The notes below the pieces were generated by a model that searched no databases, was not told where the DNA came from, and was given only the letters and a program-made list of their open reading frames with translations. A DNA stretch of 64,000 bases, from contig CAWJEP010000005.1 of assembly GCA_963841935.1 (NCBI GenBank), positions 164,003 through 228,002 on the forward strand, written 5' to 3'. Source of the DNA: an uncultured bacterium (lineage in GTDB: Bacteria; Patescibacteriota; Minisyncoccia; Phycocordibacterales; UBA6065). The position numbers were made by a program, and so were the translations under genes. Positions 55,260-64,000 of the stretch are shown one piece after another; position 1 is the stretch's first letter, and the number at the start of each line of letters is the position of its first letter.

Positions 55260-58200
55260 TTAACAATTCCAAATCACTCCGTTTATATCCATAATCGACG
55301 CGGCCGGCATTCCATTGACTGTTTTTATTGAAGTTTTATCGAGATTGTTTATTGTTTTTAGTTCCACGACGCAAACAGATGGGCTGACCGAAGGTGAGAT
55401 ACTCGGTGACGGGCTGACGCTTGGACTGGGAGAAACGCTCGGTGAAATTGACGGTGATGGACTGATTGATGGTGAAGCTGATGGACTTGGAGAAGTGCTC
55501 GGTGAGAGTGACGGTGAAAGTGACGACAAAGGTGACGGTGATATGGATGGCGATATCGATGGAGATTCGGATGGAGAGATAGATGGACTAAGAGACGGCG
55601 AAGGGCTGACGCTCGGTGACAAAGATGGGCTCGGACTGACAGATGGAGATACCGAGGGTGAAAGGCTTGGGCCGATGGACGGCGAAAGTGACGGCGAAAG
55701 TGATGGGCTGATACTCGGCGAGAGACTTGGCGAGAGAGACGGTGATGGAGAAACTGACGGGGAAACTGAAGGACTTAAACTTGGACTAAGAGATGGTGAG
55801 GGCGAAACCGAAGGAGAAATGCTCGGAGAAAGCGATGGTGAAAGTGATGGGCTCGGACTAACTGAAGGTGAAATGCTCGGCGAGAGAGACGGGCTGAGTG
55901 ACGGCGACAAACTCGGCGAAAGTGAAGGACTTGGAGATACGGACGGCGAAACGGACGGAGAAATACTCGGCGAGAGAGATGAACCAGCTGAAGGAGAAAC
56001 CGAGGGAGAGATACTTGGCGAAAGTGACGGACTTGGGGAAACGGACGGCGAAACCGAAGGTGAAATGCTTGGCGAGAGTGATGGGCTTGGCGAAACCGAC
56101 GGCGAAATACTCGGTGAAAGTGAAGGAGAAAGTGACGGAGACAAACTCGGCGAGAGAGACGGCGATGGAGAAACTGACGGACTAACTGAAGGACTTAAAG
56201 ATGGCGAGAGCGAGGGACTTGGTGAAGTCGAAGGTGAAACGCTTGGGCTAAGCGAAGGTGAAAGAGACGGCGAGAGACTCGGCGATAGACTTGGGCTCGG
56301 TGAAACTGAGGGTGAAACCGACGGAGAAATACTTGGCGAGAGTGAAGGGCTTGGACTAACCGATGGTGAAATACTTGGTGAAAGAGATGGAGACAAACTT
56401 GGCGAGAGACTCGGCGAAATGCTCGGGCTCGGTGAGACCGAAGGGCTGACTGATGGTGAGATGCTCGGTGAGAGTGATGGCGAAGGTGAAACCGATGGTG
56501 AGATCGATGGTGAGAGAGATGGACTAAGTGATGGAGAAAGTGATGGCGATATCGAAGGGCTTGGACTGACTGATGGTGAGACCGAAGGACTCAAACTCGG
56601 TGACAGAGACGGTGATGGCGAAACCGACGGCGAAATACTCGGTGAAAGTGAAGGAGAAAGTGACGGAGACAAACTTGGCGAGAGAGACGGCGATGGAGAA
56701 ACTGACGGACTAACTGAAGGACTTAAAGATGGCGAGAGCGAGGGACTTGGTGAAGTCGAAGGTGAAACGCTTGGGCTAAGCGAAGGTGAAAGAGACGGCG
56801 AGAGACTCGGCGATAGACTTGGGCTCGGTGAAACTGAGGGTGAAACCGACGGAGAAATACTTGGCGAGAGTGAAGGGCTTGGACTAACCGATGGTGAAAT
56901 ACTTGGTGAAAGAGATGGAGACAAACTTGGCGAGAGACTCGGCGAAATGCTCGGGCTCGGTGAGACCGAAGGGCTGACTGATGGTGAGATGCTCGGTGAG
57001 AGTGATGGCGAAGGTGAAACCGATGGTGAGATCGATGGTGAGAGAGATGGACTAAGTGATGGAGAAAGTGATGGCGATATCGAAGGGCTTGGACTGACTG
57101 ATGGTGAGACCGAAGGACTCAAACTCGGTGACAGAGACGGTGATGGCGAAACCGACGGCGAAATACTCGGTGAAAGTGAAGGAGAAAGTGACGGAGACAA
57201 ACTTGGCGAGAGAGACGGCGATGGAGAAACTGACGGACTAACTGAAGGACTTAAAGATGGCGAGAGCGAGGGACTTGGTGAAGTCGAAGGTGAAACGCTT
57301 GGGCTAAGCGAAGGTGAAAGAGACGGCGAGAGACTCGGCGATAGACTTGGGCTCGGTGAAACTGAGGGTGAAACCGACGGAGAAATACTTGGCGAGAGTG
57401 AAGGGCTTGGACTAACCGATGGTGAAATACTTGGTGAAAGAGATGGAGACAAACTTGGCGAGAGACTCGGCGAAATGCTCGGGCTCGGTGAGACCGAAGG
57501 GCTGACTGATGGTGAGATGCTCGGTGAGAGTGATGGCGAAGGTGAAACCGATGGTGAGATCGATGGTGAGAGAGATGGACTAAGTGATGGAGAAAGTGAT
57601 GGCGATATCGAAGGGCTTGGACTGACTGATGGTGAGACCGAAGGACTCAAACTCGGTGACAGAGACGGTGATGGCGAAACCGACGGCGAAATACTCGGTG
57701 AAAGTGAAGGAGAAAGTGACGGAGACAAACTTGGCGAGAGAGACGGCGATGGAGAAACTGACGGACTAACTGAAGGACTTAAAGATGGCGAGAGCGAGGG
57801 ACTTGGTGAAGTCGAAGGTGAAACGCTTGGGCTAAGCGAAGGTGAAAGAGACGGCGAGAGACTCGGCGATAGACTTGGGCTCGGTGAAACTGAGGGTGAA
57901 ACCGACGGAGAAATACTTGGCGAGAGTGAAGGGCTTGGACTAACCGATGGTGAAATACTTGGTGAAAGAGATGGAGACAAACTTGGCGAGAGACTCGGCG
58001 AAATGCTCGGGCTCGGTGAGACCGAAGGGCTGACTGATGGTGAGATGCTCGGTGAGAGTGATGGCGAAGGTGAAACCGATGGTGAGATCGATGGTGAGAG
58101 AGATGGACTAAGTGATGGAGAAAGTGATGGCGATATCGAAGGGCTTGGACTGACTGATGGTGAGACCGAAGGACTCAAACTCGGTGACAGAGACGGTGAT

Positions 58201-60012
58201 GGCGAAACCGACGGCGAAATACTCGGTGAAAGTGAAGGAGAAAGTGACGGAGACAAACTTGGCGAGAGAGACGGCGATGGAGAAACTGACGGACTAACTG
58301 AAGGACTTAAAGATGGCGAGAGCGAGGGACTTGGTGAAGTCGAAGGTGAAACGCTTGGGCTAAGCGAAGGTGAAAGAGACGGCGAGAGACTCGGCGAAAT
58401 GCTCGGGCTCGGTGAGACCGAAGGGCTGACTGATGGTGAGATGCTCGGTGAGAGTGATGGCGAAGGTGAAACCGATGGTGAGATCGATGGTGAGAGAGAT
58501 GGACTAAGTGATGGAGAAAGTGATGGCGATATCGAAGGGCTTGGACTGACTGATGGTGAGACCGAAGGACTCAAACTCGGTGACAGAGACGGTGATGGCG
58601 AAACCGACGGCGAAATACTCGGTGAAAGTGAAGGAGAAAGTGACGGAGACAAACTCGGCGAGAGAGACGGCGATGGAGAAACTGACGGACTAACTGAAGG
58701 ACTTAAAGATGGCGAGAGACTCGGCGATAGACTTGGGCTCGGTGAAACTGACGGACTGACTGAAGGACTTAAAGATGGCGAGAGCGAGGGACTTGGTGAA
58801 GTCGAAGGTGAAATGCTCGGCGAGAGAGAGGGCTGAAAGTGACGGCGAGAGACTCGGCGATAGACTTGGGCTCGGTGAAACTGAGGGTGAAACCGACGGA
58901 GAAATACTTGGCGAGAGTGAAGGGCTTGGACTAACCGATGGTGAAATACTTGGTGAAAGAGATGGAGACAAACTTGGCGAGAGACTCGGCGAAATGCTCG
59001 GGCTCGGTGAGACCGAAGGGCTGACTGATGGTGAGATGCTCGGTGAGAGTGATGGCGAAGGTGAAACCGATGGTGAGATCGATGGTGAGAGAGATGGACT
59101 AAGTGATGGAGAAAGTGATGGCGATATCGAAGGGCTTGGACTGACTGATGGTGAGACCGAAGGACTCAAACTCGGTGACAGAGACGGTGATGGCGAAACC
59201 GACGGCGAAATACTCGGTGAAAGTGAAGGAGAAAGTGACGGAGACAAACTCGGTGAAAGACTCGGCGAAAGACTTGGACTTGGAGATACGGAGGGTGAAA
59301 TGGACGGAGAAAGAGATGGAGAAATACTCGGACTAAGCGATGGACTAAGTGACGAAATAAACCATGTGATTTGAATGACTCCGTTTCCTCCCTGTCCTCC
59401 TGTGTTACCGTTTCTTCCCGACCCTCCACCACCGCCTCCATAGTTTGCTCCGTTAGCGCCAGTTGCGTTTACTCCTCCAGCTCCTCCGTTTCCGGCTGGA
59501 GTTCCCCCATTTGCTCCACCAGCGTGAGTTCCCGACCCATTCGCTCCGGTTCCTCCGTTTCCAGTGTTCCCGGCTCCTCCACCTCCTCCACCTCCGTTGT
59601 TGCTACCTCCGTTTCCTCCGTTTCCTCCGTTGTGTGACGTCCAAGTGACGACTCCGTTACCGGTTGTGTTGCTATTACCCCCGACTCCACGTGCGCCACC
59701 GGCGTTGCCTCCACCACCTCCACCGGCCGCCTCGATGATAAGAGTGTTGCCCGCAGTATTGAAAAATGTGGTTCCGCCAGCGCCGCCGGATGCGTTTGCG
59801 GTTCGTGTTCCGCCGTTTCCGGCGGAATAATTAAAAGCGATGTTCGGACCAGATATGGTTATAGTTGTCTGAGCCCAAGCGCCACCACCACCACCACTAC
59901 CGTTGTTGCCTCCACCACCTCCACCTCCACCTCCAATAACCTGAACAACCGCGGAAGTTGCTGTGGTGCTATTCCATGTACCGCTACCTGTAAGATTTGA
60001 TGTTGTCGCCAT
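55260..60012 (-). CDS. Giant (about 1580 aa) protein: Gly/Asn-rich N-terminal domain followed by more than 1100 aa of (S-P-S-L/I/V)n low-complexity repeat. Interrupted by one frameshift at about 58836-58850.
   Basis: ORF 58690-60012 starts with a non-repetitive Gly-rich domain and runs in frame into SPSx repeats. ORF 55260-58652 continues the same repeat. The repeat consensus gains +1 nt at about 58845. All neighbours are minus-strand. The plus-strand alternative (acidic GExxGE repeat, ORF 55315-58836) cannot be excluded. Confidence 0.55.
55400..59340. repeat. Tandem-repeat DNA: 12-nt (4-codon) units organised into 528-bp higher-order repeats (at least 4 near-identical copies at 56101-58212, plus partial copies)
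   Basis: 'accgaaggactcaaactcggtgacagagacggtgatggcgaaaccgacggcgaaatactc' recurs at 56581, 57109, 57637, 58165 (period 528) and again at 58561 (period 396). Confidence 0.9.
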
Positions 60013-60042
60013 TAATTTTGGTCGGAGGCCTTTGTTAAATTA

Positions 60043-61236
60043 CTACCGACTATCAAATGCTTTCCTTGTTTTATCTATAGACCATATATTTCCCGCTTCA
60101 TTTTCGCTGTATATATCAAATTCGAAAAGCGCGTCTTTGACACTCTGTCTATCAAAGTCATGTCCGCAAAGAATTTTTTTACACTTCGGATACCACGCGT
60201 TTAGGTCTCTTAAGACGGACTCTTTGTCATGAGCGCCGTCGATAAAGACCATGTCTATGGAGTTATCTTCAAAATGCTTCGCCGCCTCGGCGCTATCCAT
60301 TTTTAATATTTCGACGTTTTTGAAACCCGACATATTCCGTCTCAAATCCGATTCGGCGTCGGGATTAAATTTTGATTTCTGAGAGAAATTATCTACAAGT
60401 GTCACTTTCCCGGGACATCCGCTGGCGATGGCGTGACCGCTTTTTCCTTTCCAGCTTCCAATTTCAACGACCGATTTCATTTTTTTGGCCGTGAGATAAA
60501 GCCAGGTCATTTCCGACAAGAGCAAATACCCTTCTATTTTGGGGTCTTTATAATCGCTGATTTCCCAATTAGCCAAAGTTTTTATCATTCCTTTAACTTT
60601 TTGCTTGGTAGGTATTACATATTCATGCCACAGGTAGTTTCCTCCGGCGTTTATTTCCTGGGTCAGTTGTGTGACGGTTTTGAATTTCAACCCGTATTTG
60701 GCTATGTTTCTTGAAAGAGTGTAATCGTCAATGAGATGTTCCCGCGTAACAACTGTGTTTAACTCTTTCTGAATGGGAAAAATATTTCCAAGCGCCTCTT
60801 CGTAGGGAATATCAAGAGGGTGCCAGAGGTCAAGGCACCAATCCGAGGCAATGGTGAACCAGTTGCAAGAACCGATATTCCTGCCGTCACGGATGAAATA
60901 TTTGTCATAACGCGAACGGTTATTGGCCATGTCACAACCGTTATGAACCACGGTGTCTTTCTTGATAAAATTCGTCACATCAAAAAAATCCGGGTGAACC
61001 AGAGCGTCCGAGTCGATATAAATATTCCAATCGTTGCCCATTTTTTTGCCGAGCTCGTAAATTTGCAATTTTTCGTAAACCGGCGGCATATTTGGAAATT
61101 TGCGCTCGGAAATTATGTGGAAATCCGCTCCGATTTTCTCCGCGTAGCGTTTTATCAAGGGATAAGTAAGCTCTGTTATTTCCGGAGCGTAATTATCGAC
61201 GTTCAAAGTGAAAATTGTTTTTTTAAGTTTTGACAT
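60043..61236 (-). CDS. Putative GT-A-fold glycosyltransferase (DxD) fused to a C-terminal class-I SAM-dependent O-methyltransferase domain
   Basis: N-terminal half is paralogous to the next two genes ('KKTIFTLNVDNY...YEKLQIYELG...IDSD'). C-terminal 'VVEIGSWKGKSG...IDMVFIDGAHDKESV' is an O-MTase (Methyltransf_24-like) motif. Confidence 0.5.
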   Translation of the reverse strand: MSKLKKTIFTLNVDNYAPEITELTYPLIKRYAEKIGADFHIISERKFPNMPPVYEKLQIYELGKKMGNDWNIYIDSDALVHPDFFDVTNFIKKDTVVHNGCDMANNRSRYDKYFIRDGRNIGSCNWFTIASDWCLDLWHPLDIPYEEALGNIFPIQKELNTVVTREHLIDDYTLSRNIAKYGLKFKTVTQLTQEINAGGNYLWHEYVIPTKQKVKGMIKTLANWEISDYKDPKIEGYLLLSEMTWLYLTAKKMKSVVEIGSWKGKSGHAIASGCPGKVTLVDNFSQKSKFNPDAESDLRRNMSGFKNVEILKMDSAEAAKHFEDNSIDMVFIDGAHDKESVLRDLNAWYPKCKKILCGHDFDRQSVKDALFEFDIYSENEAGNIWSIDKTRKAFDSR

Positions 61237-61237
61237 T

Positions 61238-61969
61238 TTATTTTATATAATTCCAATTTTTTAATTTCTCCCTGATTTTCTCGGCTCTGTCTTTTTCTTG
61301 AACCGAAAAATCATAATAAAAATATTCATCTCCGCCCCTTCCTATTTCATTGAGAAGGTTCACGAAAGTTTTGAATTTTATGCCGTATTTGGCGATATTT
61401 CTGCTTACAACGTAATCATCAATGCCTTGCTCATTGGTGTGTCCGGTCATTTCTTCACGGTGAATGATATTAATATTTTTGAGCGCTTCGGGAGCTGTCA
61501 TATCGTCAAGCGGTTTCCAAATCTCATGACATAGTGATGAAGCGACTGTTAGAAATGATGTGCTGTTTATATTTCTGCCGTCTCGTCTAAAGAAATTGTC
61601 GTAACTGAAACGGTTACCCGCGAAATCAACGCCGAAATTTAAAACCGTATCTTCTGGAAGAACTTCAGTTATGTCAAAAAGGTCCGGATGAACCAAGCAG
61701 TTCGGGTCGATGTAATAGTTCCAGTCATTATCCTTTCCAAGTTCGTAAATCTGAAGTTTTTCGTACATTACGGGGTAATTCGGAAACTTGCGTTCATTGA
61801 TTATCTTCAAATCCGCGCCAATTTTGTCTGCGAATCTTTTAAGAAAAGGTAAGGTAAGTTTCACTACTTCGATATCATAATTGTCAAAACCCAGCGTGAA
61901 AATGGTTCTCTTTAATTTTTTTTGTGGTTGGTCGGAGTACATATATAAATTATTAATTAATAACCCCAA
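61238..61969 (-). CDS. Putative GT-A-fold glycosyltransferase, paralog 2 of the tandem triplet
   Basis: 'KRTIFTLGFDNYDIEVVKLTLPFLKRFADKIGADLKIINERKFP...YEKLQIYELGK...YYIDPN' is paralogous to 60043-61236 and 61957-62649. Confidence 0.5.
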   Translation of the reverse strand: MGLLINNLYMYSDQPQKKLKRTIFTLGFDNYDIEVVKLTLPFLKRFADKIGADLKIINERKFPNYPVMYEKLQIYELGKDNDWNYYIDPNCLVHPDLFDITEVLPEDTVLNFGVDFAGNRFSYDNFFRRDGRNINSTSFLTVASSLCHEIWKPLDDMTAPEALKNINIIHREEMTGHTNEQGIDDYVVSRNIAKYGIKFKTFVNLLNEIGRGGDEYFYYDFSVQEKDRAEKIREKLKNWNYIK

Positions 61970-62649
61970 GAACTAATGCGTTCCTTTATTTCTTTGATTT
62001 TTTTTTCTTTGGGGATACCGAACTGGTGGTATATAAGCCCATAATCCTGTAAGCCCCTCTCGACGAAGACATCCCTTAGGGCCTTATATTTTAGGCCGTA
62101 TTTGGCGATATTTCTGGAAATAAGATAATCATCAATAAGATAATCGGGTGTGTAACCTATTAATTCTTCGTTGTGCCAAGGGTGGAAACGGCTGAATATT
62201 TCTTTCTTGGTCAGATCGGTAATCGGCTCCCACATTTCGCGACACAGATTTGAAGCGAACATCATACAACTTCCCATAGACACGTGTCTTCCGGCTCGCA
62301 AAAAATAATTGTCGAGCTCGTAGTGTCCCTCCAGAGGATTTACTCCCCATGTTGAAACAGTGTCGTTTGAAATAACCTCGGTGATGTCAAAAAGTTTGGG
62401 GTTAATCAAAACATCGCAATCAAAAAAAAGTCCCCAATCAATATCTTTACTCAGTTCGTAGATTTGAAATTTTTCGTAAATAACGGGATATTCCGGAAAT
62501 TTTCTTTTGTTAATTTCCACGAACTCGGCGCCGATTTTGTCGGCATACATTTTCATATATGGATAAGTAAGCTTGGTTATATCGTCAGCGTAACCATCAA
62601 TATTGAGGGTAAAAATCGTTTTCTTGATTTTTCTAGGTATGTCATTCAT
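61957..62649 (-). CDS. Putative GT-A-fold glycosyltransferase, paralog 3 of the tandem triplet
   Basis: 'KKTIFTLNIDGYADDITKLTYPYMKMYADKIGAEFVEINKRKFP...YEKFQIYELSK...FFDCD'. Start is the ATG at 62649. Confidence 0.5.
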   Translation of the reverse strand: MNDIPRKIKKTIFTLNIDGYADDITKLTYPYMKMYADKIGAEFVEINKRKFPEYPVIYEKFQIYELSKDIDWGLFFDCDVLINPKLFDITEVISNDTVSTWGVNPLEGHYELDNYFLRAGRHVSMGSCMMFASNLCREMWEPITDLTKKEIFSRFHPWHNEELIGYTPDYLIDDYLISRNIAKYGLKYKALRDVFVERGLQDYGLIYHQFGIPKEKKIKEIKERISSWGY

Positions 62650-62791
62650 ATTATTTCTTAATAATTTCCCATTAATTCCCCCGTTCACATAAAGAAAAGG
62701 CAAGTTTATTTTAGTAAACCCGTGAACATATTGTAGCATTTTTAAAATCGGACCTTACATTACGGCATCGCCTTCACTCAGACTCTGGATT

Positions 62792-63757
62792 TCATTTGAT
62801 TTTCTTGATTTTATCCAAATCTTCCTGTTTCCAACCATTTACCGGCCAGAACTTTTCCAAGAGCCAGGACATGGGATAGATTTGTTTCGGCCAATTATTA
62901 TCAAAAAATAAATTCCAGACTTTCTTTTTTGTCTTTTGAACTTCGCTCTCGTGTTGCGGATATGGGAACCCGAAATCCCCGCCTTGTGTCCTGAACATAT
63001 GGGCATACCAAGTTTTATGATTGACGAGTACCCTGCCACCGGAGAGCCATGTCTTTACGGCCACTTCTATTCCCTGATTGCCCCAGTTGCCGAGTTTCTC
63101 GTCGCAGATATTGAGCTCCCAGTATTTTTCGCGAGTCAGCATAAAGCATGAACCTTGGAGCGACAGCGTTTCGGTTAAACCCGTTTCTTCCAAATCTTTT
63201 TTATATCCCGGTCTTTTGGTGTAGTCGTTGAAATATTGAAAATGCGGTTCGGCGTCGAAACTGTACGAATTGCTTTGAGGCCTTTCCTTGCCGACCCATA
63301 TCATTTTTCTCCTCATGTGTTTTTCGTCTCCGCATTGTTCGCATTTCTTCGGTGTCGGACCTTGATACTTTTTCCAACCGCACTTGTAGCATTTCCAATC
63401 AAAGGCCCAGAGATTTCGCATGGTCGGCACCATGGTCACGTTGTCCCCGACTTTCTTGAAAGCTTCTATCATTTTGCGGTCAAAACCTTTGTCAAAAGCG
63501 CAGTGAGCGTCGACTTTCATCACGTATTTGGCCTTTGAAAGTTTGCAGGCGAGATTGGCCGTGGCTCTTTGACCAATGGATTCCGGGACATATATGACGT
63601 TTACCCTCTCGTTTTGGAGCACGGGCGGGTCGGCCCACTTCCCATCCAAGACGACTATGACCTCCGTATCGGCTTCTATGTTGGCCAAAATGTCCTCTAT
63701 GGTCCTTTGGAGGAACATTTCATTTCTGGCGGGTATAAGTATGGATAATTCTTTCAT
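62792..63757 (-). CDS. Family-2 glycosyltransferase with an inserted CxxC...CxxC zinc-ribbon
   Basis: 'LSILIPARNE...VVLDGKWAD...DAHCAF' is a GT2 signature. 'CYKCGWKKYQGPTPKKCEQCGDE' is an insertion. Confidence 0.7.
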   Translation of the reverse strand: MKELSILIPARNEMFLQRTIEDILANIEADTEVIVVLDGKWADPPVLQNERVNVIYVPESIGQRATANLACKLSKAKYVMKVDAHCAFDKGFDRKMIEAFKKVGDNVTMVPTMRNLWAFDWKCYKCGWKKYQGPTPKKCEQCGDEKHMRRKMIWVGKERPQSNSYSFDAEPHFQYFNDYTKRPGYKKDLEETGLTETLSLQGSCFMLTREKYWELNICDEKLGNWGNQGIEVAVKTWLSGGRVLVNHKTWYAHMFRTQGGDFGFPYPQHESEVQKTKKKVWNLFFDNNWPKQIYPMSWLLEKFWPVNGWKQEDLDKIKKIK

Positions 63758-63820
63758 AAATTAAGTTTTCCCAGATCGCCGTCTTCGTCTTGGTAAGTAA
63801 AACATTTAGTTTTATTTTAT

Positions 63821-64000
63821 TCAAGAATTCGCGTGGTTTTTTATGAAATCCAACAACACGCCGGTATCTCTTTGCCTTTGAGCTTTCATCGCTCTGTATT
63901 GTTTCAAAGGATTGGTTCTTTCGACTTCCGCGGTATATTCCATGTGAGTTTTGTCGTTTGTGATATTCATATCGCTGAATTCCACCTCACTTATATAAAC
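63821..64000 (-). CDS. Hypothetical protein, 3' end only (gene continues beyond window end)
   Basis: The minus-strand frame is open from the window end to a TGA at 63821-63823 ('...LLDFIKNHANS*'). Confidence 0.3.
   Translation of the reverse strand, partial: VYISEVEFSDMNITNDKTHMEYTAEVERTNPLKQYRAMKAQRQRDTGVLLDFIKNHANS

Noticed and set aside
55315-58836. Plus-strand 1173-aa ORF (acidic GExLGExDG repeat) as the real gene across the tandem repeat
   Set aside because: The minus-strand frame is continuous with a proper ATG and a non-repetitive N-terminal domain, and every neighbouring gene is on the minus strand. It is kept as an alternative because both strands are open and the plus ORF has a hydrophobic N-terminus.
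55400-59340. CRISPR array interpretation of the regularly spaced repeats
   Set aside because: The period is 12 nt, with a 528-nt higher order. There are no unique spacers. The region encodes a low-complexity protein in frame. No cas genes are nearby; the Cas4-like gene at 41348 is 14 kb away and unrelated.

Overview
This 64-kb window looks like a chromosomal segment of a small-genome, CPR/Patescibacteria-like bacterium; that taxonomic guess rests on gene content and protein styles, not on any search. GC is about 50% in the housekeeping genes, with AT-rich islands. Most genes are on the minus strand. Five parts stand out.

- **Housekeeping backbone.** Recognisable genes include rmuC, rplU, a glycolysis/pentose-phosphate block (gap, rpiB, rpe, split transketolase), recR, dnaB, six complete aminoacyl-tRNA synthetases (cysS, gltX, aspS, hisS, alaS, leuS) plus trpS, which is fragmented, murG-ftsW-dacA, scpAB, a grpE/dnaK/dnaJ-like chaperone block, and a ribosomal/rpoA cluster (rpsI, rplM, rplQ, rpoA, rpsD, rpsK, rpsM, rpmJ, infA).
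- **Palindromic repeat element.** A roughly 35-42 nt conserved core (GAGCGCGTA(A)GTC..AGCG.AGCGCACAAGCGAG) is flanked by copy-specific perfect inverted repeats. I found five copies. Three sit in intergenic, terminator-like positions. Two are inserted in frame inside cysS and leuS, adding about 22 aa to each protein, much like Rickettsia palindromic elements.
- **leuS has a second insertion.** A complete NUDIX hydrolase domain sits inside the LeuRS reading frame.
- **Surface and glycosylation locus at 50.3-63.8 kb, all minus strand.** It contains two C-terminally membrane-anchored cohesin-domain proteins, a secreted dockerin protein with a (Gly)23 linker, and a Thr-rich mucin-like protein. It also contains a roughly 1580-aa protein with a Gly/Asn-rich N-terminus and more than 1100 residues of (S-P-S-L/I/V)n. 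That repeat is built from 528-bp higher-order DNA units and is broken by one frameshift. Three tandem paralogous GT-A-type glycosyltransferases follow, one fused to an O-methyltransferase, then a GT2 with a zinc-ribbon insertion.
- **Frameshifts.** dnaB has one apparent 1-nt frameshift. trpS has at least three within 350 bp. Both are either real pseudogenisation or assembly error.

Other features are a udg / MGMT-like / Cas4-like nuclease / ATP-cone-Mrr cluster, AT-rich hypothetical ORFs that look horizontally acquired, and a consensus sigma70 promoter in front of an ABC exporter.
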